A DNA stretch of 63,384 nt, filler included, from Octopus bimaculoides (taxonomy: Eukaryota), in NCBI RefSeq assembly GCF_001194135.2. It is 6 parts of 5 records of this genome, joined end to end, with 100 filler letters (N's around TTAATTAATTAA, not from the genome) between each part and the next. Parts side by side here need not be neighbours in the genome. Positions count along the whole stretch, not along the records: positions 1 to 12,097 come from NC_068991.1; 5 more parts are not named here. One strand, given 5' to 3'. The position numbers and the translations under genes were made by a program. The notes under the pieces were generated by a model. The model saw only the letters and a program-made list of their open reading frames with translations, had not been told where the DNA came from and did not search any database. Numbering within the stretch: the first letter of the stretch is position 1; each line of letters begins with the position of its first letter. Positions 1 through 12,097 of this stretch are shown here, one piece after another.

Positions 1-130
1 TGGTATCTCTACCTGTAAAACGGCTGTGATATCTTGTTTTTTAGTGTAATTTTGCTACCTCTGGTAACTATTAACGTATTTAAATTATCGAAAGTTTTAA
101 TAACTGAGATAATATTAATATATGCATAAA

Positions 131-165
<35 letters not shown>

Positions 166-274
166 ATACACACACACACACACACATGTTTATCAATATA
201 AATATATAAAAGTACATGAAACTTGGTAAAAAAAAAAACGGTGATCATGTACATACCTCCTGGCTGTTGTGATT

Positions 275-1760
275 ATAACACCTCGTAAACAATGTTCCTT
301 GTTTTCCTTGTGGAGCATATGCAAAGAGGTTTCTTTTGCTTCCCACTCTTGAGCAGCCAACACACAGTTGTCCATGCGAGAAGCAGGGCTCCTCCAAGAT
401 AAGACCAGCTACAGAGAGGGTTTGACCCTGAGATTTGTTAATGGACATGCAAAAACTGACACGAAGGGGGAATTGCAGTCTTCTGAATGTAAATGGAATT
501 TTTGCTCCTGATGGAGCAAGAGGAATTCTTGGATTGAAGACGTCATCACCTTTTCCACATCCAGAAAGAATGATAGCCTTGATAACCTGTGACATCATTT
601 TCTTTATCACCAGTTGTGTTCCATTGTAAAGTCTTAGTGGTTCCTGATTGCGGAGTAGCATTACAGGAGTTCCAACGTAAGTGGTAATATGCGGAGAGGT
701 AGTCCAGGAGGCTCCAACGAATTGAGAAATTCAGGAGGATAGTTCATCACTTCATTTTTATCTAGAATTGTATCAACAGACTTGTAAGTGTGAAGAATGC
801 TGGGAAGACAATGCATTAGCTGTTGATTTATTTTTTTAACAGCGACTTTTTTGGGAGCTAATATTGCTTTTTCACACAGCAAATTGTGATTTTGGTAGTT
901 TTCTGTGAAGTTGGGAAAGACTTTGTGTTTGAGCTCATCTACAGAATTAACAACAGAGGAAAATGGACACACTTCCATTTCTCCTGCAGTGTCGAGAAGT
1001 ATCTTGCCATCACCAAGTGTCAAAATGTCCTTTGCAAACTTTGTGGACATTTGGTCACTGTGTAGCTGAGTTCTCATGTTAGTGGTAAGACTGAGGATTG
1101 TAACATGATGCCACAGAGTAGAGGACTTTAGGCATGCTTGGACGTCATCTGCTCTAGTGCCTTTCGGAATGACAGGAAGAGTTTGCCTGAAATCACCTGA
1201 CAACAGAAGCGTTAAGCCTCCCATTGGAGCTTGACAGTCTCAGATGTCCTTCAGGGCTCTATCTAATGCTTCCAAAGCTCCCTTGTGAGCCATGGTGTAC
1301 TCATCCCAGTACATGTCTCTGATCTGAGCTTTTGCTGATGCTGCTAAATTGAGAGGGAGTTTAAAAGTTGAGTGTGCTGTCCTACTACCGGGTAACAAAG
1401 TAACTGCAATCCCAGAGGAAGCCACAGCTATTGCAATGTCCTGGTGCTGCCTAACTTCTGCAAGGAGAAGCTTTGTAATAAATGTTTTTCCTGTCCCTCC
1501 ATGTGCATCCAGGAAGATTTGTCCCTCGTGTTGGCATACACTGTTAAGAATAGTTCTGTAGGCCTGCAGGTGGTCCAGAACGCTTGAGTGTCGTAGGATG
1601 TTTCATGAATGACAGCAGTGGGAAGGCTAATTGACCCTGACCTGAATGTTTGTGGCAGGCCACATGTAGACTGTTCATTTCCACCCAGTGTAGCAATTCT
1701 GTCTTCAATGTCAATGAAAGTTTTGTTGTAGACTTCATTGCTGATACCCTCCATGTCAGG
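275..1760 (-). pseudogene. Helitron PIF1-family (SF1) helicase domain, frameshifted
   Basis: Walker A FLDAHGGTGKTFITK (~1470-1520, outside the listed ORF frame), ASSGIAVTLLPGSRTAHSTFKLPL, GDFRQTLPVI, NGTQLVI, FPLRVSFCMSINKSQGQTL and FSHGQLCVGCSRV, split over 4 ORFs. Confidence 0.95.
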
Positions 1761-2077
1761 ATAGAGCAGTTGAGCTTGCTGCTTAAAGTCTTCAGCCAGG
1801 TTGTCTCTGGATTTGAGCCATAGAGTGGCAGGTTCACACAGTTCTCATGTCTGTAGTAATACTGCAAATAGTGCCCTGAGACTTTTAGGTGATTCTGATA
1901 AAGCAGCCTCTCCCAAAGTTGCACCATCTTCTAACACGTCCCTCTGACCTCATGCAGTAGTAGATGGAGGTAGAAGCACTCTTGTTGAATGGGATGTACT
2001 GTGTATACTTGGTCAAGGCAAGTGTCAAACTTAATGCCAGGGTATCCATGAACATTTTGACCTGCTTTCCTTGGGGC

Positions 2078-3215
2078 TCATTTTTTTCCATTCCAAGTGT
2101 AGTACAATGGAATCTGTGGATACAGCAAGGTTTGAGCGAATGGATTAACTTGACAAAGCTTGAAGAATGCAGTGAGTGTGCTATCCCTTGGTTCCTCTGC
2201 CAACAGAGAAGCATTAGCATCGGTGAAGTACACCCTTTGACTGTTTTCCAGGTGCACTGCNNNNNNNNNNTCTGCCAACAGAGAAGCATTAGCATCGGTG
2301 AAGTACACCCTTTGACTGTTTTCCAGGTGCACTGCAAGCTGTTGAATGGCAGGGTGTCGTTGGTGAAGTGGAAAGCCAAAGATGTGCCAGAAAACCTCGT
2401 TGCTGCTTATGTACCGCTCCACCTAATAGTGTGTTACCTCATCCTGGCAGTATTCTTGTTGAAGTCCAAACATTGCAGCATCAGAACTCTCATTCACATA
2501 CTTAAAAACGTACTTTATAGACTTAATGGAGTTGTAAAACTCAACGTTGATGTGGGCATTGAAAGTCTTTGACAGTAGTGGGCAGTATGGAACAATCCAT
2601 CTATTATCAACTTCGTGCTGTCTGATAGTTGCTATGAAACTGCCGTCTTCTGGTTTTCTCTGTTTGTATGATGGATACCCATCAGCACCTGTCTGAGTTT
2701 CTTGTAGGAACCTCCTTGGAAATCTTTTTGAACATACGCTGTCTTTCAAGCATGGTGAATTTATGTTGAATCTACGCCCACATGGACCATGCACCATGTT
2801 TGCTTTAACTATGTCGATAGTACTTTGTCTAAAGCTGGATCAGGAAGCTCTGCAGTGATTATCTTGTCGACATCAGTGGATTTGATCTTTGTTGAGAGCC
2901 AAAGCAGGATATGAACATGTGGAAGGCCCCTTTTTTGCCATTTGATTGTGTACATGTCACATTGTTTGGGTCCGAAGACTTGCCTTTTTTTGTATGAGTT
3001 CCATGAGAGTGATTAACTTCAGATGGAAAACTCGGGCGAGGAGGCCTGTCTTTAGGCTTTTGACCAAAGAAGAGTTCGGTCTGAATCTCCTTCCTCTTGG
3101 GATTGCATGCGAAAGTTATGAACAGGTCAGGCCTGCTGTAATGGCAGACAAAGGTCATTGCATCCTGTGTTCTTTCATGCATATATTGGAGACTTCCAGT
3201 AAATGTGGAGGGCAA
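2078..3215 (-). pseudogene. Helitron Rep (HUH endonuclease) domain, frameshifted
   Basis: Motif 1 PDLFITFACNP; motif 2 KWQKRGLPHVHILLW (hand-translated, ~2900-2950); MVHGPCG; motif 3 region DNRWIVPY...HINVE...SIKYVFKYV; then RYISSNE...HQRHPAIQQLAVHLEN. Confidence 0.95.
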
Positions 3216-3266
3216 GATGCAAACTCTTCCTATGCTTGTTGGAGCAGCATCATTGTTGATGGCATC

Positions 3267-4600
3267 TCAGAGATGGATGTAACTGTCAGAGCACAATTTT
3301 ATTTGATGTGACCTGATGAAAGACAATCTCTCTGATTCCATTTTTGTGCACATATCAACTGCAAAGTGATGAAACAGCTCTTGAGACTGGTGGAGGTGAT
3401 TACAGCAGTTGTTTCCAGTCATAAATCGGTATGAGTAGAAGTCCATGCAGGATACTGGCTTGTTGAGATGTTCATTACGATTTAGGGGATCTTGCTGTAG
3501 AATACCGATGTGGTAGCTGTCCTCACCGTTAACAAACAGAAGTGGATGTTGAAGCATATCGTTGGATCGGTGTGTTTCACTAATTCATTGGAGAGTGCTG
3601 TCACTTCACCTAAAGACAATGTCTCTGAGATTGTGCTGTTCACCGTAAAGGAATACAGCTATTTCATTGCATGTGGGTACATTGTAATGGCCTGCATGTT
3701 CCCTAGATGGTCTTTTCTGAGCATTAATGATAACATTAAAATTTGATGAAGCTTCTGTTTCCAAGGCATACTTGAAGCTGTGTACGTAGCTGTTTTTCTG
3801 GTGCAAAAGGTCTTGCAGTTGCCATTATCAGGTGAAAGTTAGTGCCAGTGGAAATAGAGTTTCGTCAGGTGGCTTGTTCATGTAAATTGCTTATGAAGTA
3901 CAGTTGAAGGAATTGAGGATCTTGATTTTCAGCAGGTTCGAGTGATCCTATCCTATGGTAAATCTGTCCCTACACTTTGAAAGTAGGCATAAACCTGCTT
4001 TCTTGTACAACATTAGCGCCGGATGTTATTGAAGAAATGTTTCAACTCTGTAGTTGTGCCAGTGTAGAGTGACTTCAACAACTGTGGTGGAGCCTGCAGC
4101 AGAGTGGGGTAACTTTTCTATTAGCGCAACACATAGCTAAAGTTTCTCTTGACCACTTCTTAGCATTGCAGAAAGAGCAAGTGATAGACATAGCTCCAAT
4201 GTTCATATCTGGGTGGCAATCATAATGAAGCTTGGGGTTGTAGTTGAAAGCCTTTAATTACCATCGTGAGCTGCATGGCATTGAAAATCCTTGTCTATTA
4301 GCTCTTTGTTGAACAGAAGTCTGCAGTATAGTATATCTCTGTTGTAAGGTGTGAGAAGCACGTGCAGCAGCCATGTTGGCAGCATTCCTGACCAGGCATG
4401 TAGTGCCTTCGTTTTTGTTCTCTGCAGCTCGTGCAGCAGCAGTTGAGGCAGCATTAGCAGTTCGTCGAACTTTACGCTGGTGTTCAGTCTCTGTGGCTTG
4501 TGCAGCAGCAGTTGAGGTAGCATCAGCAGTTCGTCGAAGTGTACGCTGGTGATCTGTTTGGAGTGTTCTTGAAGTGGCTGTACGTTCAGCATTTTGTGAT
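3267..4600 (-). pseudogene. Helitron RepHel N-terminal region (zinc finger and helical repeats), decayed
   Basis: Hand translation AFNYNPKLHYDCHPDMNIGAMSITCSFCNAKKWSRETLAMCCANRKV (~4110-4255) matches the CxxC...CC zinc finger of RepHel. LQHPLLFVNGED and YNVPTCNEIA fragments lie downstream, and 69-bp repeats upstream. Confidence 0.85.
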
Positions 4601-6729
4601 CATCTAATGTCAGTTTCCACTATCTATTCATTCGCCCTCCTTGCTGATGATCTTGTAGCTTTCATAGTTTTTCGTCCAATTGAATAACTTTTCCTTCGGG
4701 GTATGATCTAAAATAAGCATGATGAAATGCATTGAGATACACTGTTAAGTATTAAATATTAATTGAAGGGTTAGTATGTAACTGTAGATAAGTTGCAAAC
4801 TTTCAGCTGCTGCGGTAATAATGAAGTGGTAGTAGAAATGTAAATGTGTAAAATAAGATGATGTTAGTGTTATGACATTAAAATGAAAATGGAAAGTTGT
4901 GAAAGGCAAGACGAGAGAAATGGTAAGAGCAATGGAGAAAGTGGTTATGAATTATGTTGGGAATGTTGTCGTTTGAGTGGATATGAATTTTGGGTGCTAC
5001 CACTGAACAGGCATTTGCGAAATGCTGTTACGTGGTAGCAGTGTGTGCTAGAAATAGCAGTCAAATGTTTCATATTTCCTTAGTGCAACGAGTGTAGGAA
5101 TGGCTGTAGGTAAGTTAGTAGGTCTGCAGGCCTGCATTAGTGAAGAAACAAAAAAAAATATCGGTAAATTTTAATGCGTGCACTGGCATGCTTTTCAGTA
5201 AGGAAAGCAGGAAAAACTGGAACTGTTTTCGCTTGGTATCAAGTACCCTGTTCCCCTATTCTTAATGAAAGAAATTGAAAACAAGTGAAAATGTAAGAAA
5301 TTGACTGAAGCAATGTAAAAGATTGCTCAGCGCCCGCATTAGGGAAGAAGTAATAATTTATTTTGAAAGAATTGAAAATGTAAAAATTTGGAGTAGGGAC
5401 AGGGAATTGAAAATGAAAGGTATTATTTTTGCATAATTGGAATGTCCGTGATAGAAAACATCAGAATCCACTGGAAAAGAAAGAAAGAAAAGTGTTGGGA
5501 GTTGATATGCAGGTGTACTTGTAAACATTAACCAATTTGGTACGTATTTGTAGCATGTCGTGCTACCACTGAACAGGTAGCGGCGAGTGTTAGAAATAGC
5601 AGTGAAATCTTTCATATTGATGCAATTTACAAATGAAAAAGGTTACGTACTGAATTCAGCAAAATGAATGAATGTGCTTTAGTTGATCAGTATTGCTTTG
5701 ACAGAGCAATGTTGTGAAAGACAAGATGATAGAAATGGTAAGAGGAAAGGAGACAGTGATTATGAATTGCGTTCCGAATGTTGTTTGCCTGGACATGAAT
5801 TTTGTTGTATTTATCAGAAAGCAGACGAAGGATGAAAATATCAGTGGTGTTATAGTGGTGTGTGGTCGTTTGAACTCTCTGTATGCTAGGAAGGTTAAAG
5901 CTGAAGTGGATGACAATATATTTCACTTGACAAGGTAGCATCTAGTTAATGTCTGTTACCATCTTCCATTGTCCCGTCATGAGAAGTACGTTTTATTTGC
6001 CTGTTGTGGTAATGAAATGACAATGAGATGTAAGGGGACAATGTTTCTGAGATTCCGGTTCCAATGTAAGTCAGGTCTGAAAGGGTTCCCAACAGTTATT
6101 AGTAGCAGTGGTAAAGTGATTATGACGAATATGTATGTATGTGAAGTAATAGTTTCACTTTAATAGTGAAAGTATTAAACTGAAAGTATCTCACATTGCA
6201 ATAGAGAGATGTATTGTTTCTCTTTTGACACAATGCTGAAATAGTGTAAGAGATAAGAGATTGCTCTGGGCTCGCATTGGGCAAGAAGTTGAAAATTTTT
6301 TTGGCCCATGACACTGCATGGACAGGAAGTAAGGCTTGTGTAAAATTTGAATGAAATTGGTTGGGTAGTTCTCGAGTTTTAGGGATTCACACAGACAGAC
6401 GCACACACATTTTCATCTTTATATATATATGTGTGTGTTTGGTTTATGTATGTGTGTGTATATATAAAGCACTTGACACGTAATCACAGGGATGTGAGTT
6501 CAAGTCTCATGGCTGGCCGGTAATGTATTTTTCTGCAATGTATGGATAATTTATCCTGATCACACTATTTATTAGCATTATCATGTGTTTCAGAATAAAA
6601 AAAAAATTATTTCTGTATCTTTCAATACATTTCAACGCTTTTGTTTACTTTCATCATAAGTTGAATTTAATGTTAGCGTCTTATGAAGCTAAATTTATAA
6701 GTTCTAAAATTGCAGAAGAATTTGTTACT

Positions 6730-6802
6730 GGGCAGTTTAGCTTAATGGTAAAGCACTTGACGTGTAATCACAGGGATGTGAGTTTGAGTCTCATGGCTGG
6801 CC
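6730..6802 (+). pseudogene. tRNA-Thr-like sequence (tRNA pseudogene or SINE head); 5'-truncated second copy at 6466-6518
   Basis: 73 nt. Acceptor GGGCAGT/GCTGGCC (1 mismatch), D-arm GCTT-AATGGTA-AAGC, anticodon loop CGTGTAA (TGT; CGT in the other copy), T-arm GTGAG-TTTGAGT-CTCAT. The anticodon stem is mispaired. Confidence 0.55.
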
Positions 6803-7467
6803 GGTAACGTATTTTTCTGATATGTATGGATAATTTATTTATTAGCATTATCACGCGTTTGAGAATAAAAGCACAATTTATTTCTGTATCTTTCAATACA
6901 TCTCAATGCTTCTAAAACAAACTTTGTTTACTTTCATATATATATATATATATGTGTGTGTGTGTATGTATATACATATGTGTGTGTGTATGTATGTGTG
7001 TGTGTGTTATGTGTTTGTATGTGTGTGTATATATATATATATATACATCTTATGTGAATACGTACTCCTTTATTTTACTTGTTTGTATCTTCCCTTACAC
7101 TTGCACCCTTGTAAGTGTGAGTGTATGCACGTGTGTGTATGTGTGTATGTATGTATATTTGTATGACTATATATCTTTATGTGTTAAGTCTATGTTTTTT
7201 CTATCACTTGTAAATTTATAATAATTTTTCTCCTTGGTATATTCGTTTTGTTCCTATTCTTCTTTGATTGTCTTGCTTTTTCTTTGTTAATTTTTTGGGG
7301 TTTTTTTTCAAACATAGTCTTGCCTATCAGTTTTAAGCTTCTTCTAATATATATATTTTTTTTCATTTTTGAATATCAATATGTATACGTATAACTCTAT
7401 ATGGCTTTTATACACACGTGGCCTTGTTTACATTATACTTTGTCTCGACCTGTTACTGTTTCTTTAA

Positions 7468-9512
7468 GAGTATGGAAGTTTGACCCAGTTTTGTAGACCT
7501 AAACTACCAAAACTCAGTAAAATCATGCTATAGCTGCAGTATTATGTATTTTGTGTTGCATATCTATAAAATTCTCAAAAATACTTTATTTTCTCGAAAA
7601 TGTCAATTTTTCGAAAAGTTACAATGTTTTCTTTAAATCTCTAAGGTATTTCACCTGTTTTCCTATACTGAACCTTTAAAGAAGATATTTTGCTCTTTGT
7701 CTTTGCCTCAGTGTGGAGGATGTCTTTGTTGGAACAATTCCCATGTCGTGTGTAGTGTAATATTAGGATCTTTCCGAAATATTTCCAGCACTGTTGACTT
7801 GAATGGCTCATGAATTCCATGGCTGGCATTATACAATGTTGATTGTCCCTTTCTTTTCTTTGCTATCAAGGATGAAATAACAGTTCGAATTTCTGTTTCC
7901 GATGGTAAATCCAAATGCCCAGGATGTTTACGTTTAAGTTCCCCTAACATTTTACCTGGACCTCATTTCATAGCTTCGTTTTCATTACCCAAATTAAACA
8001 TCAATAATTTGTTGTCTAAACGGATTCACATACTTTCGACGATACTTATTACCGTGCTTTCTTGTTCTTGCCCATCCCGTTTCAAATCCACAACACTCAT
8101 TATTATGCTGGATCGGTTTATGAATGGGATCAAACGTCTTAATTTCTTCAACATTTGAACTAGTATTAATCACCTCAAATTTGTGCTGTTCATTTATATC
8201 TTTAGCATAAACAATAGCTTGACTGATTAAATCTTGTCCTAAGGCTCCCTTCCAATTATGGATTTCAATTTTGTAGGCAGTTGCAAATTCCTTACGACAT
8301 AATTACATTGAAGAGGATTTTCATCATCTGATTCCATATCCAAATCATTAATATTTGATGCTACAGCAAGTCCAATATGATGCTTCTCTGGGATATTCCC
8401 CTCAACACCATAAACAATACATTTTGTTAAGCTGCCTCTACCTTTCTCTACAACACTAATATCTTCAACAGTGTCTGTATCAAATATTTCATTTTCATTG
8501 GAAGCACAATCTTCTTCATTGGATTTGCTTTCACAATTTCCTTCATTTATGTCATTCGTAGTGCCATTGATAAGGTTGTATGTTGCTGTTAATGGTAAGT
8601 TTGAATTTTCATAAACTGAAGTGGAATTTCTTGTTAAATCAAACTGTACTTCCATATGATCACCTATGTTTTGTAATTTTCCAATTATCTCCAAGTTTTC
8701 CTGTTTAAACTGTTCAACAGCAGGCGTATTAATACCAACCAATTCTGCCACTGTATTACTTACACTGCCATTAGCATTTAAAGCATCACTAATTCAATAG
8801 GAGTTATAACATCTGATCCCATATTACAATGCATATACACATGCCTCATAGCTGTAGCAAAATGAGTGTTGATACTGTCTTTACCATCTTGTAAACCAGT
8901 GTGTACAAAAGTACAAAGTTTAAGATTGTATCTATCTGCAATTTTATATAATGTAAACAATAAGTTTCCATTCTTATAACATTTTGCGTTGTCAGTTTGT
9001 ACATAAAGATTTCGAATGTAAGGAAATTTGGTTGATATTTGTCTGCATACTGCATCAAAATAGGACATAACAGCCACATAGTCTTGCTTACAATCCCCAG
9101 TAGAAATGTGATCGAAGTAAGTGATATGATAATCCTTTAAATTTTCAGTATTACACCGTTCTTCATTGGTGTATCTTGTATACATCATGGTTCCATGCCA
9201 CGATGACCCTTTCTTAGTGTAAAATCTGTAGTTTTTTTCCTATAGTATATAGCTTCGAATTCCATTTTGAAATCCATAACAACCATAGCATCTTCTAACT
9301 GTAAATTGAACATTATTTCATCAATCCTATTGCGTTGATTAAGTACTCTCACACAATAACCAAATAAAAGATATAATTTTTCCATAGCATCTTTCAATAG
9401 AATTTCATGTTGATTTTAACCAACCAAATTGCCCCATTTATTATTCAGTTTGTGACAATTCAGTATTTTAAAGTTCTACAAAAAGCCAATACTCTGACCT
9501 GCGAAGCGACTC
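7468..9512 (-). mobile_element. DDD-transposase DNA transposon remnant, Sola3-like, N-terminal half missing
   Basis: ORF fragments VVMDFKMEFEAIYYRKK, KQDYVAV, VQTDNAKCYKN, QDGKDSINTHFA and MLGELKRKHPGHLDLPSETEIRTVIS. Boundaries read TTAA|GAG (7464-7470) and CTC|TTAA (9510-9516). The family assignment rests on recalled motifs. Confidence 0.55.
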
Positions 9513-9999
9513 TTAAACATATCCATTAGATTTTTATTTTTATGTCATAGTTTACTGCACATATAGACTTGCATACACTTTGATATGTCTTTTTCTTTTT
9601 CGTCTCTCTCACTATTATTATTATTGTTATTTTTCCCTTTTACAACTTGTTTGTAAATATCTGATTTTTCCCTATTACCCCATCTGTATTCTCACTTATT
9701 CTTTCTTATTTTATTTCATTTTATTTTATTAAAACTTTTTTGATGTTCTTCCAAAAATTCCTGACACTGATGAGAATGACAATGCATAAATTTAATTATA
9801 ATTACTATGATTATAAATTTTTTCTTACATATTTGTATTTTCTTTGAAAATGTGTGTATGTATTGAATATTGAATCCAATTTTGCATTAATTCTAATTTG
9901 CATTCAACATCTGTTTTCCTCCATTTTTTTTAATACTTGTATTATGGTATATTTATACCTGTAATGAAATTTTTCAACTATTAGCGAAAGAGAAATCGC

Positions 10000-10476
10000 G
10001 ATGGCACCTGTACCAGTGGAGCACTAGGAGCACCATCCAAGTGTGATCGTTGCCAGAGTAGCTGTCTGGCTTCTGTGCCGGTGGCACGTAAATAGCACCA
10101 TTTGAATGTGATCGTTATCAACGTTGTCTTCCTGGCACTTGTGCCAGTGGCACGTGAAAAGACATTCAAGCGAGATCATTGCCGTACCACTGGACTGGCT
10201 CCTGTGCTGGTGGCATGTAAAATACACCAGCTCGAGCGTGGCTGTTGCCAGTACCTCCTGACTGGCCTTCATGCCAGTGGCACATGAAAGCATCCACTAC
10301 ACTCTCGGAGTGGTTTGCATTAGGAAGGGTATCCAGCTGTAGAAACTCTGCGAAATCAGATTGGAGCCTGGTGTAGCCACTTGGTTCACCAGTCCTCAGT
10401 CAAATCGTCCAACCCATGCTAGCATGGAAAGCGGACGTTAAACGATGATGATGATGATGATGGTAATGATGATGAT
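10000..10476 (+). mobile_element. RTE-derived 3' UTR/tail element with internal tandem units and (GAT)n tail
   Basis: Tandem GTGCC(A/G)GTGGCACGT... units, then ...CCAACCCATGCTAGCATGGAAAGCGGACGTTAAACGATGATGATG. The same tail ends the RTE LINE at 10544. Confidence 0.8.
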
Positions 10477-10498
10477 ATATATATTATATATATGTTGT

Positions 10499-10543
<45 letters not shown>

Positions 10544-10546
<3 letters not shown>

Positions 10547-11745
10547 TCATCATCAGCGTTTTACGTCCGCTTTCCATGCTGGCATGGGTTGGATGGTTGA
10601 ATGAGGACTGACGAGCCAGAAGGCTGCACCGGGCTCCAATCTGATCTGGCAAAGTTTCTACAGCTGGATGCCCTTCCTAGCACCAACCACTCTGAGAGTG
10701 TAGTGAGTGCTTTTACTTGGCACTAGGATGAGGGCCAGTCAGGCGGTACTGGCAATGACCACGTTCAAGATATTTTTTATGTGCCACCTTCATGGGAGCC
10801 AGTCCAGTTGCATTGGCAACGACCACGCTCAAATGTTGTTTTTCACGTGCCACTGGCACAAGTGCCAGTAAGGCAACGCTAGTACCGATCACACTTGAAT
10901 GGTGCTTTTTTATGTTCCACTGGCTCAAGTGCCAATCAGGCAGTACTGTCATCAGCCATGTCAGCAATTTTGATTTCACTTGCCTCAACAGGTCTTTGCA
11001 AGCAAAGTTTAATGTATAATGAATGAAGTGTACTCATAAGTTGGCTGGTTATACACCACTGGCATAGGCCACGGGTTATGGTCTCACTTAGCTTGTTGGG
11101 TCTTCTCAAGCACAGCATATCTCCAATGGTCTTGGTCACTAGCCATTGCCTTGGTGAGGCTCAATGTTCGAAGGTTATGCTTCACCACCTCATCCCTGGT
11201 CTTCCTGAGTCTACATCTTCCACAGGTTCCCTTAACTACTAGGGTGTGACATTTTTGCACAGCTGTCCCCATCCATTCGCAACACATGACCATACCAGCG
11301 CAGTTGTCTCTCTTGCACACCACATCTGATGCTTCTATCATGTATACACACTGACATTACACATTCATCGGAGCATACTGGCTTCATTCCTTGCGAGCCT
11401 ACGCATGTCCTTAGCAGTCACAGACTGTTTCACTGCCATGAAGCATGGCTGTTCGTACACATGCGTCATACAGTCTGCCTTTTACTCTGAGTGAGAGGCC
11501 CTTTGTCACCAGCAGAGGTAGGAGCTCTCTGAACTTTGCACAGGCTATTCTTATTTTAGCAGCTACACTTTCAGAGCATCCACCCCTGCCACTGACTTGG
11601 TCACTTAGGTAACGGAAGCTATCAACTATTTCTAGTTTTCTCCCTGGAATGTGGCAGAAGCTGTTTTCTGCACATTTTCAGTGTTTATTGCTCTTGAACA
11701 TCTGCCACATACAAAAACTATCTTTGATATTGCTGCATGATTTAA
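10544..11745 (-). mobile_element. 5'-truncated RTE-clade LINE (ORF C-terminus, 3' UTR, (GAT)n tail)
   Basis: Hand translation CGRC...EKLEIVDSFRYL...KFRELLPLLVTKGLSLRVKGRLYDACVRTAMLHGSET, and ORF KCHTLVVKGTCGRCRLRKTRDEVVKHNLRTLSLTKAMASDQDHWRYAVLEK. Tail TCATCATCATC on the + strand. Confidence 0.9.
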
Positions 11746-11870
11746 ACCCGATAAAAATGAGAGAAGAATGTTTTATGTATAATGGGACCGCAAAGGGGAG
11801 TTAATCTTGTATTTATATAAGCAGTGTTGACATAAATGCCTATAATTATATATATATATATACACACACC

Positions 11871-11901
<31 letters not shown>

Positions 11902-11903
<2 letters not shown>

Positions 11904-12097
11904 CATCATCATCGTTTAACGTCCGCTTTCCATGCTAGCATGGGTTGGACGATTTGACTGAGGACTGGTGAAACCGGATGGCAACACCAGGCTCCAGTCT
12001 GATTTGGCAGAGTTTCTACAGCTGGATGCCCTTCCTAACGCCAACCACTCAGAGAGTGTAGTGGGTGCTTTTACGTGTCACCCGCACGAAAACGGCC
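11902..12097 (-). mobile_element. RTE 3' tail copy, cut by gap
   Basis: TCATCATCATCGTTTAACGTCCGCTTTCCATGCTAGCATGGGTTGG..., the same family as 10000-10476 and 10544. Confidence 0.85.

Larger units (their letters stand above)
240..6430 (-). mobile_element. Helitron (rolling-circle transposon), near full length, decayed; 3' terminus not found
   Basis: Colinear minus-strand RepHel fragments from ~4600 to ~275. At ~6430 the minus strand reads ATATATATAAAGATGAAAATGTGTGTGCGTCTGTCTGTG...AACTACCCAACCAATTTCATTCAAATTTTACAC, a typical animal Helitron 5' end. No hairpin+CTRR 3' end is visible before the microsatellite at 130-185. Confidence 0.9.

Noticed and set aside
2196-2335. 65-bp direct duplication inside the Helitron ORF around a 10-N gap
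   Set aside because: This is the classic overlapping-contig (negative gap) artefact, not a biological duplication.
9764-9800. CTGATGAG motif as a hammerhead core
   Set aside because: There is no convincing stem II, GAAA or stem I.
10604-10630. CTGACGA-GCC[AGAA]GGC in the RTE 3' UTR as a hammerhead
   Set aside because: There is no GAAA after stem II and no stem III/NUH.
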